Part shown: positions 39,534 to 51,800 of the stretch, in pieces | How positions within the stretch are numbered: position 1 is the first letter of the stretch | How the letters are laid out: each line of letters opens with the position of its first letter | NCBI GenBank assembly: GCA_965637545.1 | Contig: OZ281495.1 | Location: 23,064,001-23,128,000 of the forward strand | Reading direction: 5' to 3' | DNA: 64,000 nucleotides | Source of the DNA: Phallusia mammillata | Lineage: Eukaryota | The notes under the pieces: model-generated | Seen by the model: only the letters and a program-made list of their open reading frames with translations | Told to the model about the DNA's origin: nothing | Database searches by the model: none | Translations under genes and position numbers: made by a program

Positions 39534-39547
39534 GTCTCTATGACAAC
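39534..39547 (-). promoter_or_regulatory. RFX X-box in the DNAI1 promoter
   Basis: GTCTCTATGACAAC (reverse complement GTTGTCATAGAGAC) fits the X-box consensus RTHNYYWTRRNRAC. It lies 100 bp upstream of the ATG of a motile-cilia gene. Confidence 0.7.
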
Positions 39548-41476
39548 AACACCAGGTGGCGCTAATGTTTAAAAGATATTTTTTTACAAATTTATTATAA
39601 CGTTGAATCTTTTGTTACTTTATTTTTAATGGCCTAATAAGAATTTTGGTGAAAAGAAAAATAAGGAAGTGTGAAACTGTAGCGATTGCAATAATAATTC
39701 GTGCAAATTCTACAATAGTTGTTTGCCAAAATAACTCTTTTCGACTCGCCAGCTCGAAACTTGCAAGGAAGTTAAAATTTGTGGCAACTTAATGCAACTG
39801 ATTTTTAAAGCATGTCTTTGTAACTTTAAAATTTTTCGCAGTTTCCTGTCGCAGTTAATTAGGATGCAAATTGGACGCTGCTTTGTGTGAAAATTTGTGT
39901 AGGAGTCAATGGCAAGAGCACAGTTGTGTCGCTGATGTGATTTCTCACAACAGCTTCTTATTTTCATGGTAATACGAATGTTTGCCAGTAGAACTTGAAT
40001 TTAAAAGAGGAGGTTATGATTAATTTCTAACGACTTGTTTTGTTTTGTAACAGTCTGTCGTGCTGATTGAACAGGACAATAAACAAACTGAGGTACAAAA
40101 CCCTTATTCATTGAGACTCATGACACTGATTGATCAAAAAGACTCTAAAAGTGTCAACGAAAATACAGGTAGGCTTTATCTTCCGCACGTGATACTGCCT
40201 GGTGTGCCACATCGTTTTTCTGCAGAAAAACAAACAGATACTGCTGCGCCAGATGGTCTTGTAGACTATTTTTAACTCGTACCTGCGGTTTATTCAAAGC
40301 TATTTGACTGGAGATATTACCGCGCAAATAAGTTAATTTCGTACACACCGACGTAACATTACTACAACGTATAGCTTTAATCAACTTATCATTCGAGATC
40401 AAGACGAAACTGATCGTTACCACAATCTATACGCTATACATGCAAATCTATCCACATAAAAACGATGTTGTAAAGCAGATTACGAAGACTATTTACTACA
40501 ACTTTGTCTCCACAAAACGATAATATGTGCTGTGGACAGTGGCTTGTTTGACCCAGCCTCCGCGAGGAGTCTGTGGTATTTCTACATCTTATGTAGTTTT
40601 AAATCTTTGCAACTGTTCAAGTAAAAATTGTGACCACGATCTTTATAAGTGCTTAGTGCTGCAGTGTTGCCCTGGTCAATTTCTTAAAACCCGCAACCCT
40701 GCGAATAAAATAAAAAGCAAGCTCAATTTTACCATAATTCAACTGCTTGACGATAGGCATGTATGTAAAAAAACTAGAAAAATGACTTTTAGTAACACGC
40801 CCAAAAACACACCCCGCAACCAGTGACAAACCCTGCAACTTGATGACAGAAACCTGACCAATTGGGCAAATCAAGCAACCTTGGCATGACTTCTATGCTG
40901 TGACAGAAAGCGGCCCCTCTACAACAGTAACAAAGCACCTCATTTTATCCAACAGGTCCAAAGTTTCTAAGAAATTATAATGACGTTATAACAGCATAGT
41001 CTCTAATTACGGCCAATTGTCCAGCATTTTATGGCAATAAGTAAATGGCAATCCTTTCTGTGTGACGTTTTTTTTTAGACAGGACTTTGCTATTTAGATG
41101 CCAGAGATAGTTAAACAAATAGTGTACGTAACTTGCCATACTTTTGCTTGTGTGTGGACCCATAAGTTCTGCTTTTGGAAACAAAAAATGTTAAGAAAAA
41201 TGGTGTAAAATGTGTAATCGATTTCTGCCAAACGCTCATTCACATAAGCCATGATTCCTGTAACACGACTGTGTTTAGTTTTGCATAGGCTTGCCATTAG
41301 TTAATTGCCGTTATCTATTACCGTTACGTCTTCCGCTGCGGATGCAGTACTAGCTGTAGATTCCATGCCTATGTTATGTTGAGCATTTTCCTTGATAGGT
41401 TGCAGTCCAGCCTAAATAATCAAACGCTTACGGGATATTAACTAAAAATGTAGGTTTTGCAATAAAGTATATGGAT

Positions 41477-41549
41477 TTTTGTAACAGAACTGCCTGAAAA
41501 ATATGACTTATGTGATAGAACCGGCTGACAAAAAAATGGAATCCCACTG
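41477..41549 (-). repeat. Partial copy of the MITE family found at 53118-53274
   Basis: The reverse complement (CAGTGGGATTCCATTTTTTTGTCAGCCGGTTCTATCACATAAGTCATATTTTTCAGGCAGTTCTGTTACAAAA) aligns with 53121-53192. Confidence 0.75.
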
Positions 41550-41808
41550 AGTATAGCCTATTTTTGAAATGCCATTTCGCGGCGCAACTGGCAACTTCAA
41601 ATCGCGATACGCTTGAATAACTTGCTTCGACTTATTTTAGTTTTGCTTCGTTTCGGTTGAATTAACTTTTTCTTCTGCATAAACAATACTTTGCGCTGCA
41701 AATGTATGTTTGTAGGTGAAGTGGATAAAATTTGTTATCAGATCAAGCCCGCCTAATTCCAATACCTACCTTTAACCAGTTGTGTAAATTGTTGTAAAAG
41801 ACGACAAC

Positions 41809-44800
41809 ATGAGCAGCAGTGAGCACTTTGATGTTGGAGATTTTATTGTCTTTGGAGGTATGTTTGTAGATCAACTGTGTCCCTAATAGGCTTAGCAATA
41901 CATAATCTTTTCGCCAATATTTTAGGTCAAGTATTGTTTGCCTCCCAATCTTTTAGTTTAAGAAATCTATATAGCACCCAGCACTCTTGTTTGAATGCTA
42001 GTTGCTTTTGAAAAGACATGTTTGTTGGGGAAGCACATGTGTAATCATTGCATTCTTTATTCACTCAACATGTAAATGTGTAGGTTAGGGTTCTGGAACC
42101 TTTGGTGTCAGTTAATAGAACATACGTTTGTTTGTTATTAACAAAAGGTTTACCAACCATAATCAGCAATGGCCTAACTCTGAAACAAAGCAATTGTCCT
42201 GGGTTTAGTAATATCGGACGAAATTCTATGATGTATTCAACGATGGTAGAGATCATGTGCTGCTGTTCTGGCTTGGTTTTGCACACGTTTTATTTTTTCA
42301 GGAAGTTTGCTTCTATCAGTATTGATTGGAGTATATTTCGCTGTAAAAGATCGCAAAAAGAGCAATGTCGCCGAATATTACTATGGAGGAAAACGGATAT
42401 CGCCGGTACATTGTTTTAGAACCAGATTTCTTCTTGAACTTGAAATATAACCTTTTTTAATGCAGATTGCAATTGGAATATCAATATCAGTGACATACAT
42501 ATCTGCCATTACCGTTCTTGCAGTTCCAACCGAAAGCTACTTTTACGGCACCGTTTGCTTCTGGCTTACTTTAGCGTCAGTTTGCCCTACGTTCTTTACA
42601 TGTCTGTACTACATTCCACTGATCCTCAGACTGCAACTAACGACTCTATTTCAGGTGGACTTGTTGTTTAAACACATTGAAACGAAATTATTATTCATCT
42701 CATTTGTTACAGTACCTGGAAATGCGGTTCCATCCCGTTCTTCGAAAAGCTGTTTCAGGATGTGCGGTATTGTTGTATGTGAGTTATTGGTCTTTTTGAC
42801 TTTATTGTAGGCATATTATTATTATGGTGTATATTTTCAAGTTGGCTTTTGTAAAACGTTCCATTGCAAATTGACAAAATCTTTATTTGGTTCTTATCAA
42901 ACGGTCACAAACAAACAGATAGGAAACGTTTGTGCTGTTGAATGGTTGACGTAGAGAGTAATGAACATTTACAGATCGTTATACATCTTTTTGGATAGTT
43001 TGTAACATTCTTGTGGCATGCATAAAAACCTTAAAATTCGTAATATATTAGAAAGGCAATTGGCTAGATAAAATGTGTGAAAAAAACGCTAAGATGTTAC
43101 TCCCTAGCGCTCAATCGTTGTGGGTTATTTACACTGTGCCGCAAAAACGCTTACAGATTTGCATCGGAACTCTGTTTGGAGAAGCTTTATACTCTTTTAA
43201 CTATCTTTGTCACGATTGGCTTATTCGATACCTTGCTTAAAAATAACCAAACAAAACCTATTCAGCTAATCTACATGAGTTTTGCTGTCTACATTCCTGC
43301 TTTATCGTTGAACGCGGTCACTCCTATCAATTTGCACATGAGCATATTACTTTCCACAGGAATCTGCACAATTTACACGACAATGGTATAATATAGCTTC
43401 GATGCTAACTTTGGAGAATACTCAAATACACTTTACTTTAAGGGTGGTTTGAAAGCAGTTATCTGGACGGATGTAATTCAATTCTCAATCATGATTATCG
43501 GAGCTGTAGCAGCACTTGCCAAGGCCACAGTCGATGCCGGAGGTATTGAAACAACCTGGAATGCGTTGGATAGAAGTGGGAGACTTAACTTCTTTCAGTA
43601 AGTGCAAATTAAAGATCAGTACTGCAGACTTTTTTTTTTGAATTAGGGGTGATTTGTAAGGATTGAGTGTCAGCTGTTTACCGAATTATTCCACAACAAT
43701 CCTTATTATTTTCGATTGTTGAAAAGATTTATAATACCAAGTATTTATATCCAATATTTATTTGATCATTTAATTAAACAATACTTTTTTATTAGGGCAG
43801 ATTTAAATCCTACAATTCGCAACACAATATGGAGTTTGGTTGTCGGAGGAAGCGTCCACGAGGCGTTTAATGTTTGCGTCAACCAATCGGTGTGTCAGCG
43901 TTTTTTGTCTTGCAAGTCTGTTGGAAATGCAAGAATGTATGTATATGGCTGTTTTAAATCTGTTTCCCCATTCCAAACACTTGTAACCGTTTATGGTTTA
44001 ATACAAATTTTGTTTTCAAATAATTTTGTTTTACAAGTTGAACTTTAAGTAGGTATGTAACAAATGGCCATGGCGCAAGTGTTAATTTTTTGATACACCT
44101 CGGTTTTCTGGAAAACACTTTAACCGAAAAAAATGTTACTAATTCTTGCAAAACTTTTTAAACTTTTACTGGAATTTGTTTCTTCTTACAGAGCAGCAAT
44201 TACTGCCATAATTCCAAAAATTATGCTTGGCTGTGTCGCTACCTTAAGTGGATGTGTAGCATACGCTTACTTTGAAGGATGTGATCCAATGGAATCGGGT
44301 TTGATATCAAAGAGGATCAAATGTTTCCATACCTAGTGCTAAAAGTGTTTCGCCTTTTTCCTGGAATGGCTGGTTTGTTCGTTGCAGTTTCATTCAGCGG
44401 CACTATGAGGTTCGTTATGGGATACTGCTGGAAAAAAACAGTTTTTGTTATTTCATTTAACCTGTGTTTATTTTAGCACTGTCTCGTCAGGACTGAATGC
44501 TTTGAGCGTCCAACTTCTTGAAGATTTTGTTATCCCTCTCCGACCCCGTATTAATGACAAAACCAAACTCGTGTTAAGCAAGGCTATCGGTGCTGGTTTT
44601 TATTTGTTTTAATTTTGTCGTATCTGGATTAGTTTCTTTTTTTTGCAGCATTTATTTTTGGTGTGGTAGTCGCAACAATGGCTTATGTTTCATCCTTCCT
44701 TGATGCCACGGTTTTATCAGTTATGACTCCGCTCAAGGGAGCGCTGAGTGGAGCTATTTTGGGAGTTTACACCCTTGGCATTTTCTTTCCGTGGTGCAAC

Positions 44801-45485
44801 ACAAAGGCGAGTGTTTTAAATCTGTGTTTTGACTTCGTCCAATATGGTATGTTTTTGCAGGGTGCCATTGTGGGACAATTGGCAGGAACTATGATGTCTA
44901 TGTGGATTGCCATAGGGGGAATATTTTATCCCAAATCGCCAAAACACGATCGTTTGCTTTCGGTGTCAACGCACCTTTGCAATTTTACAAACTATCAATT
45001 TCCACTAGAAAACTTTACGTCTGATATTAGTACTACGACATTTGCATCAACTTTAAGGTGAGAAAACAATATCCTTGTTTGATATACCTTTTATCGAATT
45101 TGATATCGGGTATCGGTTTCGACAGCATTGAACAAGAATCCAGCTCAATATATGCGATCTCAATATGGTGCACCTCTGCAGTTGGTTTTGTCACGACTGT
45201 TGTCGTCGGAATGATTTGCTCGTTCTTAACTGGTAATTATTTTTAAATTGAGGAGAACATATTCGATTAATCTAATGTTTTGATAATATTTAAAAACATC
45301 AATTAGGTCGAAACAAACCTGAAAATGCCGACCCGAGGTTGTTCTGTCCGATCATCGACAACCCCCGGTTGCCAAAATGTGTCATAACTTTTTTTCGCTT
45401 TGGTGTTCCACTCATGAAAGACAAAGATATGAACTTGGAAAATTGTAAACGTTTTTTGACAAACAGAAACGATGAATTGCAATAA
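41809..45485 (+). CDS. Sodium:solute symporter, SLC5A8/SLC5A12/SLC5A5-like, 13 exons; 1-nt frameshift in exon 8 (pseudogene, null allele or assembly error)
   Basis: Exons 41809-41857, 42302-42405, 42466-42654, 42713-42778, 43266-43385, 43443-43597, 43796-43936, 44192-44409, 44477-44589, 44649-44806, 44861-45057, 45126-45232, 45307-45485. Motifs SAITVLAVPTESY, YLEMRF, YIPALSLNAVT, GGLKAVIWTDVIQ, NQSVCQRFLSC, GCDP, DQMFPYLV, PGMAGLFVA...GTMSTVSSGLNAL, LGIFFPWCN. The sum is 1796 nt, one short of 599 codons. Confidence 0.88.
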
Positions 45486-45924
45486 TAAACGCCAAAATGC
45501 CCAGGAGAAAGGGTCACTAACAATTCCACCCAATGAACATATCATCTAGTTACTTACAAACAATACACAGCTTATCTTGTTATCTTTCAAAAGCAAGTTG
45601 TTCGCCTCTCGCTATGACCTTTATTGATGATTATTGGGTTATCGATATTTAATACGCCATTACAAGAAACTGATCATAAAAGTAGAAAACGGCACTTTGA
45701 GTGATAATAAATAGATTGTGAAAAACCTACGTGTGTGTTCATTTATAACAGTTCCAGCATATAGGCTAATCAGTTTATGTCAAACATACAACACAGTACC
45801 CGGTTTCAATACATTAGCACAGCACTGAGCACTTTGGTCAAAACATAAACAAGTCAATTCAGCAAGTGTTTTGATTCCAGCAAAATATGAATTATTAAAA
45901 GATGCAAGTAAGTTTAGTTCAGAC

Positions 45925-46196
45925 CATAGTTGTAAACGGGCCAGAAATTGAAACCCGAACCCACCCACAACCGGAAAGAAAATAGAAGCCCGAACCCGAA
46001 TCGTTTTTGAGAAGCCCGTTTGGGCCTGAAAGTTTGATTTACAGACGCGCATACATTGTATACATCGCATACACAATAATAGACAAATGGTCTTGAACAA
46101 GATGTTTTAGGACTGTTTGAGACTACGTCAGGTCCAGCAACTGGCTTTTTAGCTAATTAAATTTTTTTAAAGAACCCGGCCCGACTTACAATTCTA
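45925..46196. mobile_element. Degenerate hAT-type MITE (~272 bp)
   Basis: Imperfect TIR CATAGTTGTAAACGGGCC / GGCCCGACTTACAATTCTA. 7/8 TSD GTTCAGAC / GTTCCGAC. Internal CCCGAACCC repeats. Confidence 0.72.
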
Positions 46197-47249
46197 GTTC
46201 CGACAATAAAAAAACAGGCGGTGCTCTGAATAATGGTGTAACGTGAGTTGGGAGGAAATTAGACAATTATATCTTTGTATCAATAATTTTCCCTCTGGTG
46301 TCACTTATATCCAAATCTTCATGGGTGTTTTCGTAAAAATTCCAAACACACACACACAAATGGCAACATCTGATTTTATGCCAACTCGCCATCGTGCTTA
46401 AATGGTGCAATGACGCAACGGATATTTGTCGCGCTCCAAATTGCCCCTGTGTATTTTCCACTTAAAGGCAAACGCGTTTTAAGGTTGCCAACACATCCTC
46501 GTGCAATACCACATCTTGTGCATGCACGGAAAAGTAAATGCAATCACAAGCATCGCTTTTTCTTTTGTCTTACATCTTACCGTTTTCAATGTAACGCATG
46601 TGGAAAACTGCTGACCAAATAATTGTACTTTCGTTTTTTTAAAAGCGTCTATTAAGGTAATTGCACTTTAACCAATTTTCAGGTCGATTTATCAATTTTC
46701 TCAAAAACACGAGGAACGGTACTTTTTCAATAATGATAAAGGCATTTTCACTTTGTTTTAAAAGCCAGTTTTAAACATTCATATTAAGGGATGGGATGTC
46801 CAATGGAAATATAGTCGATTTGTTGCAACTTGTTGTACAAAAGTTTAATACGAACAGACTTCAACACATGGTTTATAATGTAGTGAATGCGCAATTTCCT
46901 CGATAATGTTAAAATTGTTTATTATTAGATCGTCAACCTTCTATACAATTACCCACAGTAAAGAATCCCGATTTATTTATAACGCCACTAACAAACAAAA
47001 AAGTCAATACATGAAAAATGTCATCGGATACGTCTAATATAGTAACCAAATGTTGCTGTCTAGTTGTCTTTTCGCCAACCACACGTCCCAAAGGGGTTAA
47101 CACAAGTTTTCGAAATCGTGCTTTACGTAACCATACCAAAGTTCCGTTATTGTGAAAATCCCCACTTTCATCATGCAGTGGTGTGCCATAAAAGGTTGGT
47201 GCCAAATTGTTTGAAACTTTCCAGTTCGTTTACCATTAGATTATATCAT

Positions 47250-47775
47250 GTAATTTGGTTTGCAGCTTATAAACAGTTCAGAACAACAATATATTGCGCT
47301 GTTTATCAGTACAGCTTTCAGTGTTTTTATCCTACTTGTATCTAAGTAGAACATTGATATCCATCAGATCTGCTGTCAGTAGTTTAAATAGAGTCGGATC
47401 ATTTAGGTTGGTGTAGCTCGAACTATTTTCCATGTCACCTCAATAGCTTTATTTTTAACTCGCATGTAATTGAGTTTCGCGTATTACCATGCAAAAAACA
47501 TTTCTTCCTAAACCCACTATATGACGCACTTCATTAAAATGTTTCGGAAATGATTGCATACTGTGGTATCGTAATGACTTTGTTTCTTTAAAGATTAATT
47601 TTTCGTCATAGCTAATAAAATTGTGCATGTCATGTCCTGTAAAATTCGGACTCATACAATCCCACATACACCCATATATGGCATATACGCAAACCTGCTT
47701 AAAAATTTACACCAAAGAGCAATTGAGAAGACCTGATGCCTTATGGTAACTATGCGACAAATACGTTTCTGTTGT
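47250..47775 (-). pseudogene. Possible decayed galactose-3-O-sulfotransferase (GAL3ST-like) fragment
   Basis: One minus frame reads YHKASGLLN...*...HFNEVRHIVGLGRNVFCMVIRET. This resembles the GAL3ST PAPS-binding motifs (HKTASSTLLN; YDEVRGLV..IFITVLRDP) at similar spacing, with in-frame stops. Weak similarity judged by eye. Confidence 0.3.
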
Positions 47776-48859
47776 CGTTAAAGGCAAAATGTTTATAGTT
47801 TGTGATGCTACCGGTGCGGTTTGTCACGAATTCAACTTCCTGCTGCAGTCGAGGAAAAACCCGGCCCCTTTATTAAGCATAAAACATCATCTGTCTTCAT
47901 TAGTACGATGACTTTACATCCTTTAAGCATCAAGGGGTAGAGTCATGTTAATACAAATATGCCATACACCTAATATGTACGCTCATGACTGCATTTCGCC
48001 AAGATGTTTGATTGGTTAGCGCAACTGCCTTTGTGTTCACAAGGTTGTGACTTTTAATTCTATCTCGATCGCTTGTGTTTCCAAATGAATCCGATTGGTT
48101 GAACTATATTGAAGTCATCAGCTGTCCAGACTAAAGCAAAACAAATAAAAAGTTTTTCAACAGACACGCAATAAAACAGGTAGCGGACTCATTGTGAGCA
48201 TAAATGTGGTGAGATTAAATTTAAGCAAGCAAACAAACAAAAGCCGAAAGAAAATAAATTTGAATTGGTACATACAGAATGCGATCGATTTTGCGGAAAT
48301 ATGTGTGCTATAGACAGTCAGATTTTTTTTCCTAAATTAAACGCGACCTACATAGCGAAACTGTGTACAAAGATGTACATTTACATTTATTAACATTTTA
48401 AGGGATACGAAATGTGTGGGAAATCACAGTTACGCTTTGTTTGCCAAAGTTACCTTGTAATAATAGCACTGCTCTAACCGCGAAACCACATTATTTCTTT
48501 TTCTTCAGCGTACTTTTTAACAACTACTTTTGCATTGAGCGACAGTTTCCGTGTCAAATGGACGTGATAAACATCATGCACGACCATCTTTTTTAAGCGC
48601 TACACCATCAGTACACTAAACGGACTGGTAAATCACACGAATATTTAAAGTACTGTACATAATTTGATTAGGTTTCTGTTTCGTTTGAAAATTCGAGCAT
48701 GGTTTGTTGTTCTTGTTTGGCTATTAGGTTATTTTGAACAGTCATTTTATACAGGTAGACAAAGTAGTAGCATCGAATTCCAAATAAAACAACTCAAACT
48801 TTTGGAAAGAAAAGCTATTGGCTATTGGCCTGCAGTTATTGATATAGTGTATTTAAAGT

Positions 48860-51800
48860 GGTTTATGCGATACTGTTTGTAGAGTTACCAAATAACGACA
48901 AGTCAAATTCCTATAGTGTTCTGCCTGAACTTTAGCATATTTATTTAGCATAAAGACGTTTAGCATATCTATTTGCAGTCATGCAAAACAACCGCAGGCA
49001 CACACAAGAATATCCTATATATTGGCGCACAACTACCAGAAAAGCAGTAGTTATGAAAACGTTAAAGTTTTTTGTACTTGTCAGTCTTGTTGTTACCGTT
49101 AAAACAGATTTAGTCGCAGGGGTTTCACACATGAAGTCTTGAAAGTTACGTAGGTGAGTTGAATAGAACCAAAACCATATTGAATTATCATAAAAACTGC
49201 CCATATAAAAGGTGGTGATGTTCTGTTCATAATTGAAAATGTTCTTATCGAATGTTTTGATTCAATGCTTTAATTATACGTAGTTCAAGCAACAGGTCGG
49301 TAACTAAGATATTTGAGCCTTTATCAGCCACACCAGCTTCGTTAACCGCGATCCGCTTGTAGGCAGCACAGGCACTAAGAAATTACTCGCTCACAGGATT
49401 CACCGTTAGTTTGCTTTACCCCCAAAACACCGTGCTCTCTTAAAACGCAGAGTGACAGTCGCTTGGTAAACAACAGTCGGTCAAATCCAAATGAAATAAT
49501 AGTATAAGTTATTCGTACTTGATTAGGGATAGGTTAACCTACAAATTTTCTTTTATACAACCTGTACCCAAAAGTGAATTTTTGATAAGAGAATTTTCGG
49601 CAAGAGAAAAATGTACAGTTTTGGTTTTAGCTTCTTTAAAGCCAATTGGTTTAAACAAGCCACCACAATTAGATTTCGATATAGTAGAGCACTATAAAGG
49701 AAATTCTGCAGGATCAGTATACTGGACATGTGCAAAGCACAAACGTTTTTCATACGAGCAAATACCTTGTCTGTAAAGCGGAAGCAAACATTGAACGCGT
49801 TAGTAATCGACATGAGATTACTCACAAAATACTAACACCCCAAGTTTTGCTTTAGTTTTTTTAGACCGCGTTACTCACAGATTGCCCTTCATTGTCTTGC
49901 AGACCAACTTTATAACAAAGTGGTGCATTTGCGTCAAGTTGCCCCCGAAGGAAACCCTCCTTCGTGGAAAACAATAAAAATTTAAACGGAAAGGCCCTAA
50001 AGAGGAACGTTACCTCTCTTTAAACTTACATAACAACTATTTTGTTGACTATGACCTCAGAGGTGGTTTTTGATAGATAGGTTAATGAAGACCACACTAA
50101 TGGATCGAAAGTCCCCGAATCTTTTGAAGAAATATATCAAATAGGCGGCTCATTGTGGGTAAGTTGTGCACTGGACGACTTTAGTTGCGAAAAGTCGACC
50201 CAAATAGTAACCATTTGGTTTTGACAAAATGTACTTTTTGCATAATCGTTAAAACCCTAAACAAACTGGTTAGGCTTCTTTTAAAACTTTCCTTTTGCAA
50301 CCCTGGACTGTGCAAAACGCTCACTAAAAAACGAGTGGGCCTATTGAAATGAAAATAAATTAGCTGCAGTGTTTTGATAGTTAACGCACATATTGCAAAC
50401 AACATTCCGACATTTTCCGTCCTTATTTTACGTTAAAAATCGGTTTATGCGATACTGTTTGCAGAGTTACCAAATAAGTCGATTTCCTATAGTGTTCTGC
50501 CTGAACTAAGACGTTTAGCATATCTATTTGCAGTCATGCAAAACAACTACAGGCACACACAAGAATAACCTATATATTGGCGCACAACTGCCAGAAAAGC
50601 AGTAGTTATGAAAACGTTAAAGTTTTTTGTACTTGTCAGTCTTGTTGTTACCGTTAAAACAGATTTAGTCGCAGGGGTTTCACACATGAAGTCTTGAAAG
50701 TTACGTAGGTGAGTTGAATAGAACCAAAACCATATTGAATTATCATAAAAACTGCCCATATAAAAGGTGGTGATGTTCTGTTCATAATTGAAAATGTTCT
50801 TATCGAATGTTTTGATTCAATGCTTTAATTATACGTAGTTCAAGCAACAGGTCAGTAACTAAGATATTTGAGCCTTTATCAGCCACACCAGCTTCGTTAA
50901 CCGCGATCCGCTTGTAGGCAGCACAGGCACTAAGAAATTACTCGCTCACAGGATTCACCGTTAGTTTGCTTTACCCCCAAAACACCGTGCTCTCTTAAAA
51001 CGCAGAGTGACAGTCGCTTGGTAAACAACAGTCGGTCAAATCCAAATGAAATAATAGTATAAGTTATTCGTACTTGATTAGGGATAAGTTAACCTACAGA
51101 TTTTCTTTTATACAACCTGTACCCAAAAGTGAATTTTTGATAAGAGAATTTTCGGCAAGAGAAAAATGTACAGTTTTGGTTTTAGCTTCTTTAAAGCCAA
51201 TTGGTTTAAACAAGCCACCACAATTAGATTTCGATATAGTAGAGCACTATAAAGGAAATTCTGCAGGATCAGTATACTGGACATGTGCAAAGCACAAACG
51301 TTTTTCATACGAGCAAATACCTTCTCTGTAAAGCGGAAGCAAACATTGAACGCGTTAGTAATCGACATGAGATTACTCACAAAATACTAACACCCCAAGT
51401 TTTGCTTTAGCTTTTTTAGACCGCGTTACTCACAGATTGCCCTTCATTGTCTTGCAGACCAACTTTATAACAAAGTGGTGCATTTGCGTCAAGTTGCCCC
51501 CGAAGGAAACCCTCCTTCGTGGAAAACAATAAAAATTTAAACGGAAAGGCCCTAAAGAGGAACGTTACCTCTCTCTAAACTTACATAACAACTATTTTGT
51601 TGACTATGACCTCAGAGGTGGTTTTTGATAGATAGGTTAATGAAGACCACACTAATGGATCGAAAGTCCCCGAATCTTTTGAAGAAATATATCAAATAGG
51701 CGGCTCATTGTGGGTAAGTTGTGCACTGGACGACTTTAGTTGCGAAAAGTCGACCCAAATAGTAACCATTTGGTTTTGACAAAATGTACTTTTTGCATAA

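Noticed and set aside
40054-40330. 71-aa ORF after an acceptor-like site, divergent from DNAI1
   Set aside because: No recognisable homology or partner exons.
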